64,000 nucleotides of DNA from the NCBI GenBank assembly GCA_965226885.1, contig CBDDEL010000014.1, positions 384,001 through 448,000 of the forward strand. Reading direction: 5' to 3'. Position 1 is the stretch's first letter. Each line of letters begins with the position of its first letter. The stretch comes from Opitutales bacterium (GTDB lineage Bacteria; Verrucomicrobiota; Verrucomicrobiia; Opitutales; UBA2987). Both the position numbers and the translations under genes were made by a program. Below, one piece after another: positions 43,965 to 54,530 of this stretch. The notes under the pieces are model-generated. The model made no database searches and was not told the origin of the DNA. It worked only from the letters and a program-made list of their open reading frames with translations.

Positions 43965-44598
43965 CGGTTTGCGTCCCTTCGTTGTGATGGCTTGATGGCA
44001 TGAATGCAAGATTGCATATTTTCTTGTAAAGGATTCTGACCTCCTGGGCGGCTTTGCCTTCGGGCTCGTATTCAAGGGCGGTCCGCCCGTCGATGAGCCC
44101 GTGATGATAGGCCACGCGGCGGCCCAGACCATGGGGAAGTACGTTGACGGCGAGCTTGCGCAGTGTCGTTCTGGCTTCTTCGTGAAGCTTTCCGAAGGGC
44201 TCGATCTGAGTCAAAACCGTGAAAATTTTCGCTTCGGGCTTCAGATTGGCTAGCTTGGTCAATCGAAGGGTGTTCTGAATGGCCCGGAGGTCCATGACCG
44301 AGGGCTTACAAGCAATCAGGATGATATCAGCCACCGCGGCGGCATTGATCGCCGGCTTATCCGATTGCGGAGCTGTATCAATGAACAGGAAATCCATACC
44401 CTGGAGCTCGGCTTCTGCGGTAAACTGGTCCAGAGCCGCTGAATGGGTCGGCTGGACGTGGGGCAGGGGCTCTTTACGCGCCTTGTGCCACATAGTGGCC
44501 GAAGCCTGCTCGTCAAGATCGGCGATCACGGCTGTCTTGCCGTCTTGCTGAGCGGCAACAGCCAAGTGCAAAGCCAGGGTGGTTTTCCCCGATCCGCC
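43939..44598 (-). pseudogene. parA: ParA/ParF-family partition ATPase, 5'-truncated by IS21
   Basis: GGSGKTTLA, ADLDEQAS, FIDTAP, PEGKAAQEV; IS21 abuts the Walker A where the signature Lys should be. Confidence 0.88.
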
Positions 44599-47117
44599 TG
44601 TAGACGCCGGGGAAAAACCGGTACGGTAAAGAGGGCGCTTTAAAACCGGTACGCTTATCCTAGAAAGGAGGAGTGTATCGAGATATGAAGCAATGGACAA
44701 GAGTGCGGCACAAAGTGCTGCGGGACAAGCAGAGCAAGCGCTCTGTAATGCGAGAAGAGGGACTGCACTGGGAGACCCTGGGAAAGATGCTGGCCTATTC
44801 CCAGCCGCCGGGAGACCGGCGCAAGAAGAGGCGAGAGCGCAAGATCGATCCGTATGTGGGCTGGATCGAGGAGGTGCTCAAAGCGGACCGGAACGTGCCC
44901 AAGAAGCAGCGCCATACGGCCAAACGGATCTACCAGCGTTTGGGTCGGGAGAAGGGCTACCAAGGGGGCTACACGGCGGTCAAGGAGGTGGTGGCCGAGC
45001 TGCGCGAGCGAGGCGGCGGGAAGTGTTCGTGCCGCTGGAGCACCGCCCCGGGGAGGGACAGGTGGACTTCGGTCATGCCCTGGTGAAGGAGGCGGGGCAA
45101 TTGCGTAGGCGGCCATTTTTTGCCATGAGCCTGCCCTACAGCGATGCCTTTTTCGTGCAGGTGTTCGAACGGGAGTGCACGGAGAGCTTCTGGGAGGGGC
45201 ACCTGCGAGCTTTTGAGTTTTTCGGGGCGGTGCCCCGGCGCATCAGCTATGACAACTCGAAGGTGGCGGTGGGTAAGATTATCGGTTCGCGTGAACGCAA
45301 GCTGACCGACGGGTTTCTGCAGCTACAGAGCCATTACCTGTTCGAGGAACACTTCTGTCTGCCCGCCCGGCCCAACGAGAAGGGCGTGGTCGAGGGGATC
45401 GTGCGTTATGCCCGGGCCAACTTCCTGGTACCGGTACCGCAGGTTCGGGACCTGGAGGAACTCAACGCAAAGCTGTTGGAGGCATGTGAGCGGGACATGG
45501 AGCGTAAATTACGCGGGAAAAGGGCGGTGAAAAAGGAACTGCTGGCCGAGGAGCGCGCCGTCATGCTGGCGTTGCCGCCCATACCCTTTGAAGCGAGCCG
45601 CAAACGCTCGACCTGCGTCAGCAGCCTCTCGCTGGTGCGCTTCGAGTGCAACGACTATTCGGTGCCGGTGCGCTGCGCCCACCATCCGGTGGTGGTGGAA
45701 GGGTCCTGTCGGCAGGTGATGATCTTCTGTGGGGGCCAAGAGGTGGCCCGGCACCGCCGCATTTGGGATAAAGAGCAAGTCTCTTTCGAGCCGGTGCACT
45801 ACCTGGCTTTGCTGGAGAAAAAACCGGGCGCTTTGGACTTCGCCCGCCCACTCTCGGGCTGGCAGTTGCCGCAGTGCCTGCAGGTCCTCAGACGCCGGCT
45901 CGAAAGCCAATGCGGGGGCGAAGGCACCCGGGAGTATATCCGGGTGCTGCGGCTGTTGGAGAAACACCCCATGGCGGCCTTGCAGCAGGCCGTCGTCTCG
46001 GCCCTGCGGGTGGGGGGACTGACTCGTGAGGCCATCGCCCAGTATCTCTATCCTCAGGAAGACTACGGGAGCAGAACCTTCCGGCTGGACGGCCATCCAC
46101 ACCTGCGTCACGTCCGTGTGGCCGCCCCTGACCTCGGTGCCTACAGCGAACTGCTCAAGATTCCAGGAGGGGCTTTATGAAGGAAGAAAAAAACCAGCTG
46201 CTGTTACACCATCACCTCAAGAAACTGAAGTTGCCCACCATCCTGCGCGAATGGCCGGCGGTGGCCGCGGCTTGTTCCCGGGACCGGCTCGATTACGCCG
46301 CCTTTTTGTTGCATCTGGTCGAACGGGAGCTCATTGAACGCGAACAGCGGGCCGCCCAGCGGCGGATCAAAAACGCCCGTTTCCCCGTGCTCAAGACCCT
46401 CGAGAGCTTCGCCTTTGAAGCGCAGCCCTCGATCAACGAAGCGCTCATCCGAGAGCTCATGCGCGGGGAGTATGTCGACCAGCGCGAAAACGTGCTGCTC
46501 CTCGGTAACGCCGGTACCGGTAAAACGCACCTGGCCACCGCCCTGGGCTTTGCCGCCTGTGCCCAGGGCCGGCGGATCCGTTTCTTCGGGGTCACCGCCC
46601 TGGTTACCCATATGCTCGAGCAACGCGACAACCACGACCTGCAGCGCTTCATGAAGCAACTCGAAAGGCTCGACCTACTCATCCTCGACGAACTCGGTTA
46701 CGTCCCTTTTTCCAAGACCGGTTCCGAACTGCTCTTCGACGTGGTCAGCCGCGCTTACGAGCGCACCAGTCTCATCGTCACCACCAACCTGCCCTTTGAG
46801 AACTGGATCGAAGTGCTCGGTTCCGAACGGCTCACCGGAGCTCTGCTGGACCGACTCACCCATCGGGTGCATATCCTCGAAGCCAACGGGCAAAGCTACC
46901 GCTTGCGCGATGCTCGACGCCGTCGCCGTGGCACAAAACAATAAACGCCTTGGGCCCGGCTCGTCGGCCTCCGGCCTCCTCACCGACCCCAAGCCAATCC
47001 CCAAAACCAACTCCCAAACCCTAAACCTTGACGTACCTGCAATTACTAACCTAAACCTTATTCCAAGCGTACCGGTTTTACCCCGACCCCCGTACCGGTT
47101 TCATCCCGGCGTTTACA
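44599..47117 (+). mobile_element. IS21-family element copy 2 (complete ends; istA frameshifted, istB 46177-46944 intact)
   Basis: TGTAGACGCCGGG...CCCGGCGTTTACA; extra GC near 45003 shifts the istA frame; no target duplication. Confidence 0.94.
46177..46944 (+). CDS. istB: IS21 helper ATPase IstB
   Basis: Walker A/B motifs; near-identical to 12526-13293. Confidence 0.95.
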   Translation: MKEEKNQLLLHHHLKKLKLPTILREWPAVAAACSRDRLDYAAFLLHLVERELIEREQRAAQRRIKNARFPVLKTLESFAFEAQPSINEALIRELMRGEYVDQRENVLLLGNAGTGKTHLATALGFAACAQGRRIRFFGVTALVTHMLEQRDNHDLQRFMKQLERLDLLILDELGYVPFSKTGSELLFDVVSRAYERTSLIVTTNLPFENWIEVLGSERLTGALLDRLTHRVHILEANGQSYRLRDARRRRRGTKQ

Positions 47118-47210
47118 CAGCAGAACCTCGAAAGTAATCATCTAGCACCTCCATATTGGTATGTCACCAGCGGCTGTGTACAGTTTTGGGTAAAACCCCT
47201 TATAATTCCC

Positions 47211-47300
47211 CAATTTTGGTCCTGAGCGAGGCGCCCTTGAAGGTGCCGGGACACATAAGTCCCTGCTCTTCAAGGGGAACGCTGCTCAGGACCAAAATTG
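47211..47300. other. ~90-nt imperfect long hairpin (candidate structured RNA or cruciform)
   Basis: CAATTTTGGTCCTGAGC...CCCTTGAAG...GGGAC-ACATAA-GTCCC...CTTCAAGGG...GCTCAGGACCAAAATTG. Confidence 0.6.
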
Positions 47301-47519
47301 CCCCAGCCCTTCGGGTTGTGGCGGTTTGGGGCATCTGCGGCGTCCGATCGGCTCGGAGAACCCCATTTACGGGTTGATCCGAACCGATCCGCCTTGCTTA
47401 TGCCGCCAAAACGCTCACAACAGAGGGCATTCACCCTTTTCGAACAGGCTCATGCTAGATCGTAGCGGAAAGCGGAAGCTTCTCGTATTCCAGGATGCCC
47501 GAAGTTTCACCGTGCCTTA

Positions 47520-48650
47520 TACCAAATCTCATTAGGTATGATAATAAGTTATTTGGCAGAAGCGTTTGCTTGAATGTGCTGCCAGCCTCCGCCAACTAAA
47601 GAGAGGACTTTTTCAGTGTCCTCCCACCAGTCTTTGAGATGGGTTGCGACGACTTCTTCGAGTCGCTCAATGCTCGGCCACAGTTTGTTGGCCGTTTGAT
47701 CCTGTATCATATCCCAAAGTCTTTCAATCGGGTTGAGTTCAGGACTATACGGCGGCAAATTCACGATATGTATGCCCGGGGGGACGTTGGGGTGCTCCGA
47801 GTCGTGCGGATGGAAGCCTGCCCCGTCCCATACAACCACATGTTCCTCCTCAGGATATTGCTTTTTGATCTGTTGGAGGAAAGCCTCCGTCCACTGTAGA
47901 TTCGTGCTAGGGGTTTGGATGCATACCATCTCGCCGTTGACCACGTCGAGGGCTCCGTAACAGTAGCTCCACTGGTATCTTGTCTGATATTTTTTGTGCG
48001 GCCGAAGCCCTCTTTGCGTCCAGCACCGGCGGTACACCGGAAGCAAACCAAAACGGCTTTCATCGGCAAACCACACCCGAACCCGATTGCCTCGGGTGAG
48101 GGAAAGCTCCTGGAGGATCTTAGAAAAGTCTCGCTTGAACGCTTCCGCTTTTGCCGAGTCCCGTTTCTCATGCACGGGCCGAGGGACTCGAAGCACCCCG
48201 GCGCATTTTTTTAGCCATCGCCACACCGTCTTGTAGGCGAAGGAGCGCCCGAAATGTCGCTCCAGCTCTTGCCCCGCCTGAACGGCTGTGTTCCAGCGCG
48301 CGACCTTCAAACCATTGAGCAAGAAGGCCTCCACCTCTTTGTCGCAACGGCTTTTGATCCCGCCTTTGTAGGCGCGTGTAAGCACCGCCCCGAGCCCTGC
48401 AGCACGATATTTGTCAAACCAACGCTGGATCGTCGCTTTGCCTCGGCCCACGATGGCTCCAATTTCATCAATGCTGTGGTGCGGCTGGAAGCCCATTTTT
48501 AATGCCACCAAACGCTCTTTACGCCAGCCGACAGCCTCTTTGTTGAGCAATTTCTTGATACGTTCACGGTCTTCATCGGTTCCCATATATCTTCTCATTC
48601 CGCCTTTATAGCTGCTTTTTAATCTTTATCAATCCTTTTGCGATTTGGTA
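47520..48650 (-). mobile_element. IS630-family element type B (intact transposase 47549-48598)
   Basis: TACCAAATC...GATTTGGTA ends; WFADESRFG, VWDGAGFH, PPYSPELNPIE. Confidence 0.93.
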
Positions 48651-48749
48651 TTAGTACCTGCCGTAGGGCAGATTATCCGGCTGCGCGTCCGGGGCCGCAC
48701 TCGCCTGAAACTTCAATCCTTCCATCAACTTCGGCTGGTGGGCCGCTCT

Positions 48750-51051
48750 TTATTGCCCTACGCCGCTCGATTGACCACCGGTGAGGAAATAGCTATCCAC
48801 ATCGCTCGCGAATGTGTCCGTGGCGGCATCGAGCCTACCGTCACCGAGGTCCGGTCGAAGGGAGGAGTCGCTGATTGATCGCTGACCGGATGAAGCGGTA
48901 AAACTGAAAGGATAGACGCCATCATCCGTGTCGACCCGAAGTGACCCTACCGCTTCACGCAAGTCTCCTCCGGTAACGGAAATCTCCTGAATGGTCGATG
49001 ATGGATCTATTATGATTCTCGGGGCAGCCCGCCCGACAGGAGTGAGGTCACCAATAAGCAGAAAATTCGCAACGATGACGTCGGGTGCATTTATGCCGAT
49101 GAATTGCAACACCCCCGGCAATCCCACGAAATTTGCATTGGCTGCGTTTATGCCGCCGATCATCGTTACTTGCCCATCGGCCGATTCCACCGAGATTGAT
49201 TTAATGTCGGCAATTCCATCGACATTACCCGAAAAAGTGCTGCCACTGATTATGGCCGTGTCGACGCGATCGGGATCATTGCCTAAAGTAAACACCGATA
49301 AATAGGTTCCCGCTGTGGAATTTGCGATGGTTATCGTCGCCAGACCCTGCACATAGGTCTTCCCGGTTTGGTTGTTATAAGGAGATGGTACACTCGCGGC
49401 GAAGTCCTGTAGGCTGATCGTTAGGGTCGTATTCGGATCGTCGCTCCCGAATTCCACGAATACGAGATCACTGTCCAGATCGAGGAAAGCGACTCGAGTA
49501 ATCTCGCCGGGAAAGGATGAGAACGTCGCTTCCGCCCCGTTTAATTCGAATCCGTCATAGATATTTGAATCCGTCATAGATATTTCCTTGAAACGAAGTG
49601 CCGTCGTTTACAAACAGGGCGGAGCCCTCCAGGAGCAGACTCGACGAAAGGGAAATGCGGGCCACCTGATATCCACCGGCTGTAAAGTCGGCATTCGGAA
49701 AAGCCGTTAATATCGCACCACCCGACGCGAACCCACTATGGAATTGCACCGTTCCATTTTCGTCTGGGCCCGTATTCGGCGCCGCCTGCTCGAGAAACGC
49801 CACGTTTGCCGGCACCTCGTCGTTCACTTCCGTACCGGCATCCCAAACCTGTGTTCCGAGGATTATGATCTCCGTCATGACGAAATTCCCTGATTCGTCA
49901 AAAACCTCATAGGCCATGGGATCCCCGTTACCTATGAACGCATCGTTACTCGGAATAATCATAGACGCGAAACTGAAATAGCGATTAAGCGGTGAACTGC
50001 TATCCAGGCTGAACTTGAACGCACTGGTGTTACCGGGAAAGAACACAGGGGGCGGACCCGGACCAGTGATGGTGGCGTCTTCAAAGCCCAACGCAGCGTT
50101 GGAAAATTCGGCCGAAAGCAAAGCGGTGGCGCCGTCCTCAGCTGTTGATTCCAGACCGGGAGAGGCTGCGGCACCCTCATCGAAGAGATTGAAGCTGCCA
50201 TCATGAAATCCCACCCAGAACGGCGCAAGATGAGTCCCTTCCGCCGGTGCCAGATTACTAATTGTCACAAGAACTTCGACGGGAGTGGCAGGTTTTTCGG
50301 TGATTGTTATTCGGACTATCTCGTAATCTTCCATCGTAAAGTCGGCATTCGGAAAAGCACCTAAGATCGCCCCTTCCTCGCTGAACCCCTCATGGAACTG
50401 GACGTTTCCGTCTTCACTCTCACCGGTGTTCGGCGCCGCCTGCTCGAGAAATGCCACGTTTGCAGGCACCTCGTCATTGACCTCGCTGCCGGCATCCCAA
50501 ACCTGACTGCCCATTATGAGAATTTCCGTTTCGATGAAGTTTCCCTCCTCGTCGAATATCTCAAAGACGAGGGGATCATCATTGGCGACAAAGGCATCGT
50601 TACTCGGAATTATCATGGAAGCGAAACTGAGGTAACGGCTCAGCGGCGAACCCGCGTCCAGGGTGAAGACAGTCGAATTCGAGTTACCCGGGAAAAAGAC
50701 GGGAGGAGATCCCGGGCCGGTGATCGTCGCATCGCGCACGCCGCCTGCGCTCATTCCAAAATCGGCACTTACCGAACTCGTGTCTCCGTCCTCGGCGAGC
50801 GATTCGAGGGCTTCCGAAACGGTTTCTCCTTCATCAAACAGATCGAAACTCCCGTCGTGAAACCCGATCCATACCGGTGTCAAGTGCGTGCCTGCCTCGG
50901 GAGCAAGGTTTTCGATCGTCACCTTGATCGTTGTAGCATTCAAGCTGGAATTGAGCAACAGGCCAAACGCCATTATACCAACCGGCCATCGCTTCCGAGG
51001 GCAGATTTTACAGCAGAGGGAGAAAAGGATGTTTTCGATTCGAATCTTCAT
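48750..51051 (-). pseudogene. Secreted double Spondin_N-domain protein with an Opitutae-type C-terminal domain, frameshifted by a 19-bp duplication
   Basis: Two repeats TPVWIGFHDGSFDLF...LAEDG...SFASMIIPSNDAF...WDAGSEVNDE; GAATCCGTCATAGATATTT occurs twice (49548-49585), and removing one fuses ORFs 49555-51051 and 48750-49577 (QGNIYDGFELNGAE). Confidence 0.85.
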
Positions 51052-51119
51052 TGAGCGATTTTCTTTTTATTCAAAGCGTTAACCCGACTTTCGCACTTTG
51101 TGAGTTGAGTCCTTGATAA

Positions 51120-51455
51120 TCAACACCCGTTTTTCAAAGGCACTACAAAGTCGTTTCGACTTTTCTTTTTACCATACTCTTTTTTACGGGCAATTTCTTC
51201 CATTGGCTCCAGCAGAGGGCGTTCACCCTTTTCGAACAGGCTCATGCTAGGACGAGACAGTGTCTCAAAGTCGTTGACAGGTTCCGCTTTGGACGTAGGT
51301 TTCGTGTCGTTCCACATCCAGTCCACCTCGTTCGTGTCGTTCCACATCCAGTCCACCTCGTTTTGGTAACCAAAACTTTGAACCGGGACCAGCAGAACCG
51401 TCAGGGTCAGGAGAATACACAGTGAGGAAGCGAAGCGTTTGATCGTCGATGCCAT
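51120..51455 (-). CDS. Small signal-peptide protein with duplicated NEVDWMWNDT decapeptide; C-terminus may be IS-derived
   Basis: MASTIKRFASSLCILLTLTVLLVPVQSFG, then a perfect 30-bp tandem repeat at 51301-51360. Confidence 0.45.
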   Translation of the reverse strand: MASTIKRFASSLCILLTLTVLLVPVQSFGYQNEVDWMWNDTNEVDWMWNDTKPTSKAEPVNDFETLSRPSMSLFEKGERPLLEPMEEIARKKEYGKKKSRNDFVVPLKNGC

Positions 51456-51547
51456 CTCCCGACGAAACCTAGGAAAAATGTTCGGAGGTGTCAAGGCCCC
51501 ACATTTGGCATATCCGTTACGGTTACAAGCGCAGCCAAGCGTCAGGG

Positions 51548-52498
51548 TCAAAAGGAGTACTTCAGCACGAAGCTGAGCGCCCAGTATTGGATGTCGCTGA
51601 ACGTCAGCGTGCTGTCGAATGGAGTTTCCCCGTCAGCCCGGACCGGTCTGTGACTTCTGATGAGGTCCCACACGGTGTCGCCTTCAAGATCCTGGAAAGA
51701 AGCCCAGCGTGCTTTCATGCCGATTGATACCTTTTCCGTCAGCGCGTAATCGAGGCCACCCAGGAATTGGAAGCCGAAGAGCGTGTCGGTGAACTCAGTA
51801 TTCAGAAGGCTTAGCGTACCGGCGGCAGCCGGTGGTTTACCAGCCGGGTAGCCTTGAGCGATCGTCTTACGCAAAAAGCGGGCCTCGTAGTCCAGACTGG
51901 TGCGGGCCCAACCGACGCCCGCGCCCACATAAGGAGTCCAGCGCGAGTCGTTCAGAAAGTCGTAGTAGGCGTTCACGGAGAATTGATGAGCACTGAAGTC
52001 CGATATCCGTTCCGAGGGCGGGTCGAGCGTGCTCACCTCGTCATTCTTGTCTACCAGCGGAACGTTCTCACCATGGACCCTCCAAAGCGCGGAATCGCCT
52101 CCGTGAGACCGGTTCAAATATTCGAATTCAACGCGAAACCTGTCCAGCGCATACCCTACGCTGACGCCGCCCAAGAACCCGGCGCCCAGGTCAAATGAGT
52201 TGGTGGTGGTCGGTTGAGCCGTATTATTTGTGCAGTCCGGGTCGCTGAGTGGAACCACGTTGTGGTCTGGTCTGTCTTTAAGAAGCTGGTCGCATCTCGT
52301 CGGATGATTGACTGCGGTCAGCACGGACCCCATGTCTTCGGCATTTGCAAACCCCAACTCGATGCCGGCGTAGAATCCCTGCCGACTTGTTTTGGCGTTT
52401 GCCACGCCTGCCGAAGCGAGTATGCACAAACCCAGCACGAAGGCAAGACGTCTGGATGGGTTAAGGAGCATCATTTTCGTCATAGTCGCCTCTTCCAC
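51548..52498 (-). CDS. Outer-membrane beta-barrel protein (Opa/OmpA-like/Msp2-like), paralogue 1
   Basis: Signal peptide, GFYAGIELG, RVEFEYLNR, NAYYDF...WTPYVGAGVG, C-terminal LKYSF. Confidence 0.85.
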   Translation of the reverse strand: MEEATMTKMMLLNPSRRLAFVLGLCILASAGVANAKTSRQGFYAGIELGFANAEDMGSVLTAVNHPTRCDQLLKDRPDHNVVPLSDPDCTNNTAQPTTTNSFDLGAGFLGGVSVGYALDRFRVEFEYLNRSHGGDSALWRVHGENVPLVDKNDEVSTLDPPSERISDFSAHQFSVNAYYDFLNDSRWTPYVGAGVGWARTSLDYEARFLRKTIAQGYPAGKPPAAAGTLSLLNTEFTDTLFGFQFLGGLDYALTEKVSIGMKARWASFQDLEGDTVWDLIRSHRPVRADGETPFDSTLTFSDIQYWALSFVLKYSF

Positions 52499-52551
52499 GG
52501 GGGGCTTTTGTAAGAACCTGTTATAAAACAGGTTATGCCAACAACAAGGTT

Positions 52552-53187
52552 ATGCCAACAAAAGCAGAAAGTCCACCGGTAAAAAATCGTGATGCAAAGG
52601 AACTCGAATTTCAAGGCTTAAACGGAAAAAAGGTTTCGATTGTTTTCGATGAACCGGAATTAACTTCGGATGCGGGGCTCCTGGCGATCGGGGAATTTGA
52701 AAAATCGCTTGGATGGATTGAGAAACTGGCCGGATGCATCAGCGACGGACGGGTTGATCCGACGCATGGTATGAAAGAATTGCTGACCCAACGGATCTAT
52801 CAGATCATGGGCGGCTATCCGGATGCGAATGACTGCGACCGGATGCGTAGTGATGGGACCCTGCAGACGATCAGCGGGGTGGAGCAGCCACTGGCGAGCC
52901 AGCCGACGATGTCGCGGCTGGAAAACACGGTGAAGGCCATAGATCTAAACCCGGGTTCCGTACGAGCTTTGACTGGTGCTGCAATTGCATTTTTAGAGAG
53001 TGGCAACCCGGAGGGTGCATTGTCGCCGTTAAATCAAAGCACTACTTTTCAACCAGAAATTTCGGTGATTTACTATCTGAGAGCAGCGGTGAATTCGGAA
53101 CTAGGCGAACAATGGCGGTTTAAAGGCTCTTTTTGCGGAGGGCCGGCAACCCGGGCCACAGATCTCACTAGAAGTGGTATTTTATGA
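52552..53187 (+). pseudogene. Chimeric relic: N-terminus of a different IS1380 transposase fused to a TPR fragment
   Basis: LTSDAGLL...QRIYQIMGGYPDANDCD...LASQPTMSRLENTV, then KAIDLNP...YYLRA (TPR-like). Confidence 0.7.
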
Positions 53188-54190
53188 TTGCGCTGAACCC
53201 GAACATTTCGGTGTCCCCTGTCTTGATTGCACCCGATACGGGTTCGCTTAAGTCTTCGCGCAGATTGGGTTGGTGACTGCGCAGCGGATCCCAGACGACG
53301 CCACCACCGCTGAAGGACTCGAAGTTAACCCAGCGGCCCTTGACCCCCAGAGTGATCGATTCGGTGAGTGCATAGTCCAATCCGAACAGTAACTGGTAGC
53401 CGAACAGCTTGTCGGAAAGCTTGTTTCGCGCACTGCTGGTGCTTCCGGCAAGATTCCTTCGGATCTCGTCCACGTTGGGCAAACCGGCTCCCGTTGTAAT
53501 CGCGTTGGGGTCGGGATTCCGCGCCCACACACCGCCGTAGTCCATATCGGTAAACCCCACGCCAACGCCAATCCCCACGTAGGGCGTGAACTGGCTGCTG
53601 TTCGGAAAGTCGAAGTATAGGTTACCAAACAGATTGTGCGAGGTGAGGCTGCCTATGCTGTCCGTGGCCGTTAAAATTTCCTGGACCAACTTGTCGCCGC
53701 TGGCCCCGGAGGCGTCAAGAAGGGAGGAGGTCTGGTCGTATTCGGTGGCGCGGTAGAAGTATTCCAGTTCGGCGCGAAACCGGATCCACGCACTGTCCTG
53801 ATATTTATCCCATAGTCTATAGCCAAGCGCCACTCCGGCCAGGATACCCTTGGAACCGTCAATCTTGTTCATCCAGTTGTCACCCTGACCCCGATTCGCA
53901 CCCGTGCAGTTGTAGTTCTCATACCCCTCAGTTTGCGTGACCGTCGCGAATAACGGGTTGATGAATTCATCACACACACTGGCCCGGTCGTTGCTCGTGC
54001 CGGTTATATCCAGGTTCGGGGTGAAGTTGACTCCAAACTCGCTGCTCACATAGAGTCCCGAGCCGGCCTGTGCCAGGTGTGGTGTAAGCATCCACATGGC
54101 TACGACAGAAAGCATGCGTGAAAGAACGAAACTCACTGAATCTTCGACTGTGGGTGGTATTCTCGATCTGTTCACGGTTAGACTGCGCAT
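53168..54190 (-). CDS. Outer-membrane beta-barrel protein, paralogue 2
   Basis: GLYVSSEFG, RAELEYFYR, NLYFDF...FTPYVGIGVG, C-terminal IKYHF. Confidence 0.85.
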   Translation of the reverse strand: MRSLTVNRSRIPPTVEDSVSFVLSRMLSVVAMWMLTPHLAQAGSGLYVSSEFGVNFTPNLDITGTSNDRASVCDEFINPLFATVTQTEGYENYNCTGANRGQGDNWMNKIDGSKGILAGVALGYRLWDKYQDSAWIRFRAELEYFYRATEYDQTSSLLDASGASGDKLVQEILTATDSIGSLTSHNLFGNLYFDFPNSSQFTPYVGIGVGVGFTDMDYGGVWARNPDPNAITTGAGLPNVDEIRRNLAGSTSSARNKLSDKLFGYQLLFGLDYALTESITLGVKGRWVNFESFSGGGVVWDPLRSHQPNLREDLSEPVSGAIKTGDTEMFGFSAIIKYHF

Positions 54191-54417
54191 GGATTCTTCC
54201 TTACGGGTTTAAGGAGGCGGTGAAAAATGTGGACTATACCAATTCTTAATGTCGGTGAAAAACTCGGGTAAGCAACACGATTTTCAGAACATTTTCAAGC
54301 CTCGTCTGCAGAATCTGTGGGTCGACTTTCGACATTATCGACTTGATCGAATCGAACCGCTCAAAGCCCAAGAAGCGCGGACCCTACAAAAAACGGATTT
54401 CAAACTGAGGCACTACC

Positions 54418-54530
54418 CATATTTCCTGTAAAAGTGAAAAAGGTGTAACCTCCTGAGAAAGAATAACGGGGTCAAAGAGGACCCCAAAAACAGGAGACTA
54501 TACCTTTTTCACTTTTACAGGAAGGATATG
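54418..54530. mobile_element. MITE-like palindromic element (113 bp)
   Basis: Perfect 22-bp IR TTCCTGTAAAAGTGAAAAAGGT/ACCTTTTTCACTTTTACAGGAA, plus CTCCTG/CAGGAG and an inner GGGGTC/GACCCC hairpin. Confidence 0.5.

Noticed and set aside
47118..47199. Possible IS256-like end with a gene start (GGAGG...ATG ATT ACT TTC) cut by IS21
   Set aside because: Only ~80 bp and 8 codons; too little to assign.
47211..47335. Hairpin as 6S RNA, SRP RNA, cobalamin riboswitch or integron attC
   Set aside because: Too short for 6S; lacks the SRP CAGG/GNRA/AGCAG motif; lacks the B12 box and P4-P5 motifs; no RYYYAAC/GTTRRRY ends and no integrase.
51083..51100. CCCGACTTTCGCAC, resembling an IS4/IS1634-type terminus
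   Set aside because: No partner IR or transposase in the window.
51301..51362. 30-bp repeat as a CRISPR array
   Set aside because: Only two directly adjacent units, no spacer, no cas genes; the same applies to the 19-bp repeats at 56788.
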